Assembly (NCBI GenBank): GCA_963710605.1
Contig: CAVQBA010000005.1
Span: forward strand, 1-64,000
Source of the DNA: an uncultured cyanobacterium
GTDB lineage: Bacteria > Cyanobacteriota > Cyanobacteriia > Cyanobacteriales > Cyanobacteriaceae
Direction: 5' to 3'
DNA: 64,000 bases
Made by a program: the position numbers and the translations under genes. Under the pieces are notes generated by a model. It saw nothing but the letters and a program-made list of their open reading frames with translations, was not told the DNA's origin and did no database searches. Position 1 is the stretch's first letter, and the number at the start of each line of letters is the position of its first letter. This document shows, in pieces, positions 57,177-64,000 of the stretch.

Positions 57177-58166
57177 CTAAAAATGCTGATAAGTTTTTTG
57201 TTGATTTAATAAAACTTTGGGTTGCTTGTTTTGTCTGTTGATAATTTGGACGGTTTTAAGTGCCTTTATTTCGCCGATAATTTGGCTATCTTTACCTAAT
57301 AATTTTAATATCTTATCAGCGATCGTGGGTGATAAACACAAGACTAGTTCAAAATCTTCTCCTCCATACAATGCCCACTCTAAGGCTGTATCTTGATTAG
57401 TAATCTGGGTTAGTTCGGTGGCGATCGTTATTTGCTCTAAATTAATCGTTGCACCGACGTTACTTTTTTGGCATATCTGTATAATTGCATCAGCTAAACC
57501 ATCACTACTATCCATCCCCGTAATTACTGCATTAGGAAAATACTCTGATATTTGTTTAATTACGTCTAAACGAGGAAGAGGATACTGATGAGCAAAAATA
57601 ACCTTTTCTTTGGTTTGACTGTTAATTTGACTATATTTATCGGGCTGAAGCAATATTTCTAACCCTGCTTTAGATAAGCCATGTTTACCTGTAATCAAAA
57701 TTAAATCGCCAACTTGAGCGGTATGACGATAAATAATCTTTTGTGGTTTTACTTCTCCTAGGGCGGTAATAGCGATTGTATTAGTTGCGGATTTAGTTAT
57801 ATCTCCACCGACAATGTTTACATTATAGGGCTTTAGGCATTGTTGCATTCCTCGATAAATTGCTTCTATCCAATCAATATCAACATCAGGAGTTAGAGAT
57901 AAACCGACTGTTATACCTAAAGGCAAACCACCCATTGCGGCTATATCCGATAAATTAGCGGTGACTGCTCGATAACCGATCGATTCTGGCGGTGTGGTAC
58001 GATGACTAAAATGGATATTTTCGACTAAAACATCAGTAGTCACAATTAATTTTTCACCTTGAGTAAGATCAAGAATTGCTCCATCATCACCATTTTTATC
58101 ACGATCGCAATATTGATTGATAATCTCTAATAATTTATGTTCGCCAATATCTTTTAATGTGACCAT
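57177..58166 (-). CDS. thiL: Thiamine-monophosphate kinase
   Basis: GDDGA, NLSDIAAMG, GGD, DSSDGL, GGEDFEL. Confidence 0.95.
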   Translation of the reverse strand: MVTLKDIGEHKLLEIINQYCDRDKNGDDGAILDLTQGEKLIVTTDVLVENIHFSHRTTPPESIGYRAVTANLSDIAAMGGLPLGITVGLSLTPDVDIDWIEAIYRGMQQCLKPYNVNIVGGDITKSATNTIAITALGEVKPQKIIYRHTAQVGDLILITGKHGLSKAGLEILLQPDKYSQINSQTKEKVIFAHQYPLPRLDVIKQISEYFPNAVITGMDSSDGLADAIIQICQKSNVGATINLEQITIATELTQITNQDTALEWALYGGEDFELVLCLSPTIADKILKLLGKDSQIIGEIKALKTVQIINRQNKQPKVLLNQQKTYQHF

Positions 58167-58238
58167 AATGAGTGTTAATTACTATTTTTCGCTTTATATT
58201 AGTTAGTGATTGATTACTATTAAAATTTTATTTTGATC

Positions 58239-59003
58239 ATGTGGAAAAAGCCACCATTACTACCCCAAGAATTTAGTTTGAATGACGAAGAAGTTAATAT
58301 TTGGTTATTAGATATTAATGCGTTTAAACATAGTTTAGATTTCTTTACTTCTATTTTATCAACAGATGAAGTTGCTAGAAGTCAACGATACAAATTTGAA
58401 AATCTACAACAAAATTTTATTATCAATAGAGGATTTTTACGCTCTATTTTATCTCGATATTTATCCTGTGATAGTCAAGATATTCAATTTGATTATAATG
58501 AGAAAGGAAAACCTTTTTTAAGTCCGCCACAACAGCAGTTTTTAAAGTTTAATTTATCCCATAAAAACCAATATACTGTTTATGGAATAAGTAAGATAGA
58601 TTTAGGTATAGACTTAGAAACGATCGATGATAATGTTCAGGTTAAAGATATAGCTAAACGTTTTTTTACTGAAGATGAATATAATAATCTTTGTCATTTA
58701 CCTATTACTGAGCAAACTGAATACTTTTTTAAATTATGGACAGCAAAAGAAGCATATTTAAAAGCGATCGGTCAAGGTATATCCGCCGGTTTAGATAGTA
58801 TAAATTTTATTAAACAAATTAATAACTTTACTTGGAAATTTGAAATTTTAAATAGTCTAAATACTGAGCAAAGTTTATGGAAAATAAATACCAAAAAAGT
58901 AATCAAAAACTATTTTTTAAGTATTGCAATTAAATCAACTAAAAATATTAAATTTAACTATTATCAAGTAGATAATTTAGATGAAATATTATCTAAAAAG
59001 TAA
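58239..59003 (+). CDS. 4'-phosphopantetheinyl transferase (Sfp/HetI type)
   Basis: GKP, FNLSH, LGIDLE, WTAKEAYLKAIG. Confidence 0.92.
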   Translation: MWKKPPLLPQEFSLNDEEVNIWLLDINAFKHSLDFFTSILSTDEVARSQRYKFENLQQNFIINRGFLRSILSRYLSCDSQDIQFDYNEKGKPFLSPPQQQFLKFNLSHKNQYTVYGISKIDLGIDLETIDDNVQVKDIAKRFFTEDEYNNLCHLPITEQTEYFFKLWTAKEAYLKAIGQGISAGLDSINFIKQINNFTWKFEILNSLNTEQSLWKINTKKVIKNYFLSIAIKSTKNIKFNYYQVDNLDEILSKK

Positions 59004-59035
59004 AAAAAACGCTTTCATTTTATTTAGCCAAACTA

Positions 59036-59602
59036 ATGAAAAATATTGAAAATACCGAACAACTACAATATTTAGTTGCTTCGGGTGCAAAAATAAAATA
59101 TATCTATTTTTGGGGACATCAACAGCCAAATAATACTGTAACTAAAGCCTGTTTTAGTCAATGGTATGAATCGCCATTCCAGATAGAAGATATTGTTTAT
59201 CCTACCGCAGAACATTACATGATGGTACAAAAGGCAGAATTATTTAATGACTCCTTTATTAAAGAAAAGATTTTGCAATCTCAGCACCCAGCAGAAGCAA
59301 AAAAATTAGGGCGTAGTGTTAAATCATTTAAGCAAGATATTTGGAAAAAAAATCGAGAAAAAATTGTCTTTGCGGGTAATATGGCTAAATTTAGTCAAAA
59401 TCCTCATCTCAAAGATTTCTTGTTAGGTACAAACGATCGTATTTTAGTAGAAGCTAGTCCGAATGATAGAATTTGGGGTATCGGTTTAGTGGCAGATAAT
59501 CCTGAAATAGAAAATCCTTGGAAATGGAAGGGGTTGAATTTACTAGGGTTTACTTTGATGCAAGTCAGAAATCAATTAAAAACTGCCTCAATTCCAACTT
59601 AG
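59036..59602 (+). CDS. NADAR (YbiA-like) family protein
   Basis: FSQWY, TAEHYMM, AKKLGR, LVEASP.DRIWGIG, GLNLLG. Confidence 0.92.
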   Translation: MKNIENTEQLQYLVASGAKIKYIYFWGHQQPNNTVTKACFSQWYESPFQIEDIVYPTAEHYMMVQKAELFNDSFIKEKILQSQHPAEAKKLGRSVKSFKQDIWKKNREKIVFAGNMAKFSQNPHLKDFLLGTNDRILVEASPNDRIWGIGLVADNPEIENPWKWKGLNLLGFTLMQVRNQLKTASIPT

Positions 59603-59741
59603 AGTTGATGTGATAAAGCGTTGAATTAATATAATGTTCAATTTTAGTTAAATAATTGGTGATAATTGAAAGATTAAACGATCGTATTCAGTTAAGATAA
59701 AATCAAGATTAAATATTTATTGAGCATCAAAAAATACTGTT

Positions 59742-60026
59742 ATGGTAAAAGCAATTTGGAATGATACCGTTTTAGCCGAAAGTGATAATTGTGAAAAAGT
59801 AGAAGGTAACTATTACTTTCCACCTGATACAATCAAATCCGAATATTTTCAAGATAGCGATACTCATACAACTTGTGGTTGGAAAGGAGTAGCAAGTTAT
59901 TACACAGTTAAAGTAGATGGGCAAGAAAACAAAGATGCCGCTTGGTATTATCCTACACCGAAAGAAAAAGCCAAAAACATAGCCAATTATGTTGCTTTTT
60001 GGCGTGGCGTAAAAATTGAATCATAA
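59742..60026 (+). CDS. DUF427 family protein
   Basis: EGNYYFP, CGWKGVASYY, AAWYYP. Confidence 0.9.
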   Translation: MVKAIWNDTVLAESDNCEKVEGNYYFPPDTIKSEYFQDSDTHTTCGWKGVASYYTVKVDGQENKDAAWYYPTPKEKAKNIANYVAFWRGVKIES

Positions 60027-60070
60027 CTTTTAACTCTTAACTCTTAACTCTTAACTCTTAACTATTTTGC

Positions 60071-61240
60071 ATGGCTTCACAAAATCGTAATTGGCTTAGT
60101 CGTTTTTCAACATGGTTTCAATCTCGGTGGGCAATTCCTGCTTATGGTGGTTGGGTATTAATAGGTATTGCGATTAGTTTTTTTGGGGCGGCAACTAATA
60201 CAATGGCAGGATGGCTTTATGTACTAAGTGGGATGTTAATTTCTTTACTTGGTCTTAATTTTATCAGTTCGATCGCTAACTTAAAAAAGATTCAAATCCA
60301 AAGATTACCCACAAGTCATATTCACGCCCAAGATGAATTAGCTTTACAATTAATTGTTAAAAATCCAACTAAAAAAAGTAAAATTTTAATACAAGTAATC
60401 GATCGTCTTCCTGCTAAATTAGGACAATCTATTACCCATACCATCGAAGAAATTCCCTCTTATGATGAAGTCAAACTAACTAAATATGTAAAGGCTGAAA
60501 CTAGAGGTATTTATCATTGGAATGATGTGGTTTTAAAAAGTGCCGCACCTTTTGGTTTGTTTTCTTGTATTCGTCATCGTCAAGTAAAAAGTAAAGTGGT
60601 TGTCTATCCTCAAATATTACCGCTTCATAATTGCCCGTTGATTGATGATATTGGTGCGGAAGAAACCCAAAGAAAATATAGTCAAAAAAACTATCAAAAC
60701 TCCACTGAAGGCATTACCAAAAGTTTGCGACAATATCGTTATGGAGATGCTATGCGGATGATTCATTGGCGTAGTAGTGCCAAATTAGGCGAATTACAAG
60801 TAAGAGAATTAGAAACTATTACAGGAGGAGAAGAAGTTGTTATTTGTTTAGATAATTCTTCGCAATGGGAAGCGGATTTATTTGAAGAAGCAGTTAAAGC
60901 TATCGCTTCGATTTATTTTTATGGTAGTCGTCAGCAGTTACCGATTAATTTGTGGATAGCGGATGTAGGATTAATTCATGGTAATCAGGTAATCTTAGAA
61001 ACACTAGCAGGAGTTAATTATGGTAATGTAATGAGCGAGAAAATTCCTGATTCTCCTGTAGTTTGGTTTTCGGCTGATACTGATAAGTTAGAAGCTTTGG
61101 TTAAAGGTAGTCGTTATTTTCTCTTTCCAACATCCACACAAAAACTATCGCCAATCGATAGTAACTCTTATCAAGGAATTGTTTATAGTAGCGAAATGTC
61201 TTTAATTAATCAATTGCAAAAACCGTTGTCTAATTTATAG
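60071..61240 (+). CDS. DUF58 family membrane protein
   Basis: RGIY, PFGLF, VYP, LRQYRYGD..RMIHWRSSAK. Confidence 0.88.
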   Translation: MASQNRNWLSRFSTWFQSRWAIPAYGGWVLIGIAISFFGAATNTMAGWLYVLSGMLISLLGLNFISSIANLKKIQIQRLPTSHIHAQDELALQLIVKNPTKKSKILIQVIDRLPAKLGQSITHTIEEIPSYDEVKLTKYVKAETRGIYHWNDVVLKSAAPFGLFSCIRHRQVKSKVVVYPQILPLHNCPLIDDIGAEETQRKYSQKNYQNSTEGITKSLRQYRYGDAMRMIHWRSSAKLGELQVRELETITGGEEVVICLDNSSQWEADLFEEAVKAIASIYFYGSRQQLPINLWIADVGLIHGNQVILETLAGVNYGNVMSEKIPDSPVVWFSADTDKLEALVKGSRYFLFPTSTQKLSPIDSNSYQGIVYSSEMSLINQLQKPLSNL

Positions 61241-61278
61241 ACAAAATAGAAGAAATTATTGATTCTTCAGTAGATACA

Positions 61279-61831
61279 TCAAGCCTTGTCAAGGGTAAAA
61301 TAAAATGTTGTTCCTTTTTTGGGTTTAGATTCTAGATAAATTGTACCTTGATGACGATCGATAATTTTTTTAACGATCGTTAATCCCGCACCCGTACCAC
61401 CATTATATTTACGTTGAGAGTGCAAACGTTTAAAAATCTTAAATATTGATTCAAAATGTCTAGGGTGAATTCCAATACCGTTATCTTTGACTTGTATCAG
61501 CACTTTTTCTTGCTCATCAGTAGATTGATTAGCCGAAATTACAACCCACTTTTGTTTGTTATCGTTATATTTAAAAGCATTACTGATAAGATTAGTAAAA
61601 ACTTCCTCAATCAAAATTCGATCGGCTTTAATTGTCGGTAAAGGTAATGGTATTTTAATTTGACAATTTTCCCAGAGTGAATCTATTTCAGATATTTTAC
61701 CTACTTCAGCGATTAATTGATTAAGATCAATTTTTTCAGGTTGCAAATCATACTTACCTAAACGAGAAAACCTTAATAAAGACTCAATTAGTTGCTCCAT
61801 TTTTTCGGTCAAAACAACCAATGTATGTTTA
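61279..61831 (-). pseudogene. C-terminal fragment of a histidine kinase (HATPase, no H-box)
   Basis: NLISNAFKY, DNGIGI, FKRLH, GTGAGL; 5' end abuts a MITE-like element. Confidence 0.75.
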
Positions 61832-61948
61832 TATAGTCGAATGAATTTGTGATTACTTATACTTTCGCCAACCCCTCGTGTTTCTCCCCTTGAAAAGAGG
61901 AGACTTTCACTAAGACAAAAAGTGCAGTTATAAATTCATTTAGCTATA
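61832..61948. mobile_element. MITE-like element with imperfect TATAG..CTATA ends
   Basis: TATAGTCGAATGAATTT / AAATTCATTTAGCTATA; internal hairpin TCTCCCCTTGAAAAGAGGAGA. Confidence 0.55.
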
Positions 61949-61993
61949 GTTAATGAAAAAGAATAACTTACTATTTAATATTTTGAGACTATT

Positions 61994-62956
61994 ATGACTA
62001 AAATTTCTTTAATCAAAGCTAATTCTTATCAACTTCAAAACCTACGTAATAGTTTAGAAGAATTATTAGCACCTTTAGGCGGTATCTCGGCATTTGTTAA
62101 AAAAGACGATTGAGTTTTGCTTAAACCGAATCTGTTAACTGGTTCAAAACCAACCAAAGAATGTACTACTCGTCCTGAAATAGTTTATTGTATTGCTCAG
62201 ATGGTAAAAGAAGTTGGTGGTAAACCTTTCTTGGGAGATAGCCCGGCTTTTGGGAGTGCCATGGGTGTGGCTAAAGCTAATGGTTATTTGAGTTTGTGTG
62301 AAGAGTTAGATTTACCCATCGTCGAATTTAGTGGTAACAAGTACACAGTAGATAATCAAAATTTTCATCATCTGAGATTATCGAAAGAAGCGATGGAAGC
62401 GGATGTCGTGATTAATCTCCCCAAAATCAAGTCTCATATACAGTTAACTATGACAATGGGGGTAAAAAACCTTTTTGGTTGTGTACCGGGTAAAATGAAG
62501 GCGTGGTGGCATTTAGAAGCAGGAAAAGATGTCGATCGTTTTGGTGAAATGTTAGTGGAAACTGCTCGTGCGATCGCTCCTAATCTCACTATTATTGATG
62601 GTATTATCGGTCATGAAGGGAATGGCCCTAGTGGTGGTGAACCTCGTGATTTAGGTCTTTTAGCCGCTTCTGATAACGTATTTGCGATCGATGTTACCAT
62701 GGCTCGTATTTTAAATGTCGAACAGCATTTAGTACCGACTTTAGTCGCTCAAAAAAAATTAGGTTTATCAATGGAAATTGAAGAGATTGATTTTCCTCTA
62801 TTACAACCGCAAGATTTAGCTATCTCAGATTGGAAACTGCCTGAAGCATTAATGCCGATCGATTTTGGTTTGCCTAGAGTATTCCGCTCTACATTCAAAC
62901 ATCTTTATATTCGTTTTATAAAAGAGCCGTTATCCAATTATGCAGTTAATAAATAA
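61994..62956 (+). pseudogene. DUF362 family protein with an in-frame TGA at 62111-62113
   Basis: MTKISLIKANSY..LGGISAFVKKDD-TGA-VLLKPN; INLPKIKSH, GVKNLFG, GNGP. Confidence 0.8.
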
Positions 62957-63237
62957 TTAGAGGAAAGAGCAAGGAGAAATGAGAAGATAAGGATTAATAT
63001 TCTCAATTCTCTTTATACCTATAGCAAAGGGCAAGGGGCAAGGGGCAAGGACGGGGCTTACAAGGTGCGGAAATAGATTCCGCACACAGCCCCTCGGCAA
63101 AGGTAGAATACTTATAGATTAATAGTTTTGGTTTTTACATTTGTCCTAACCAACTCATTCTCTGCTATATAGTTTGAATTTGTAATATTTAACTCTTAAC
63201 TCTTGACTCTTAACTCTCAACTCTTAACTCTTAACTC

Positions 63238-63471
63238 TTAACCGTTGAGCCAACCAGCACTTAAAACAACGGTTAGACTAATAAAAGTTAGACTCAAAAT
63301 CCAAGTAACACGATTGAGAGTTGCTTCAGCACTTTTAGTACTAGTGAATAATTGAGCTTGTCCACCAATTCCACCTAAACCGTCACCTTTAGGAGAATGT
63401 AATAAAACTACAAGAATTAATAATACACAGGAAACTGACCAAACAATTTGTACGATTTGATATGCTGTCAT
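63238..63471 (-). CDS. secG: Preprotein translocase subunit SecG
   Basis: LLHSPKGDGLGGIGG, KSAEATLNRVTW. Confidence 0.95.
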   Translation of the reverse strand: MTAYQIVQIVWSVSCVLLILVVLLHSPKGDGLGGIGGQAQLFTSTKSAEATLNRVTWILSLTFISLTVVLSAGWLNG

Positions 63472-63641
63472 AATTGAATAGTATTTTTTATATTAACTCA
63501 ACTATTATATCGACAAGTGCGATCGTCACAACTAGTTAAGGTAAAATAACTAATAATACTTCGGTGTAACTAATCTATAAATTTATTATTGATATTTATT
63601 ACTAATTACCTACTATTTGTTACTTTACCTAAAAGTTGTAA

Positions 63642-64000
63642 TTATAAAGAAATACTCACAGGAGTACGATTACTTTTAACTTGATAACTTTGTTTTTCGA
63701 GTAAAGAAATACCTGTCATTTCCTCAGGTTGAGCTAAGCGTAAAATTTCTAAAATAGTGGGAGCAACATCAGCTAATTTACCATCTTCTCTTAATTTAAC
63801 ATCGCCACCATGACCAACTATTTTACGCTCTTCGCCTTCAATAATAATTAAAGGTACTTGATTAGTGGTGTGTGCTGTCCATGGATTACCATTTTCATCA
63901 GCCATATATTCAGCGTTACCATGATCGGCTGTAATAATTGCTGTACCACCTGCTTGATTAATTTTGGTGATTAATTTTCCTAAACAATTATCAACGGTTT
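63642..64000 (-). CDS. gpmI: 2,3-bisphosphoglycerate-independent phosphoglycerate mutase (5' part outside the window)
   Basis: [28 protein letters not shown]. Confidence 0.94.
   Translation of the reverse strand, partial: TVDNCLGKLITKINQAGGTAIITADHGNAEYMADENGNPWTAHTTNQVPLIIIEGEERKIVGHGGDVKLREDGKLADVAPTILEILRLAQPEEMTGISLLEKQSYQVKSNRTPVSISL

Noticed and set aside
62111-62113. TGA as selenocysteine or recoding
   Set aside because: The position fits Arg (CGA) in D-R-VLLKPN rather than Cys, and another in-frame stop in the window is TAA; a point mutation is simpler.

Overview
AT-rich chromosomal window from a unicellular cyanobacterium (psbDC, prk, acsF, ccsA; dense CGATCG/HIP1-type palindromes; probably Geminocystis/Cyanobacterium-like, which is inference). 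Most of it is housekeeping genes, but 10-30 kb is a group II intron hotspot. (1) An intact intron (11328-13840, minus) splits ribonucleotide reductase nrdB, and removing it restores a 355-aa R2 protein. (2) A polysaccharide pyruvyl-transferase-like gene is broken into four pieces over 12.4 kb by an antisense intron, a MITE and an 8.9-kb nest of at least five group II introns, three levels deep, plus an IS5-family remnant. Most junctions could be rebuilt by hand, and putative EBS1/IBS1 pairing supports five of the 5' junctions. Several dispensable genes carry single lesions (ilvA, Mn-catalase, trmFO, DUF362) or are truncated, while core genes are intact. Small repeats have also entered coding sequence (putA linker, thiS C-terminus). 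I recognised no rRNA, tRNA or CRISPR array. All calls come from reading motifs by eye; no searches were run.
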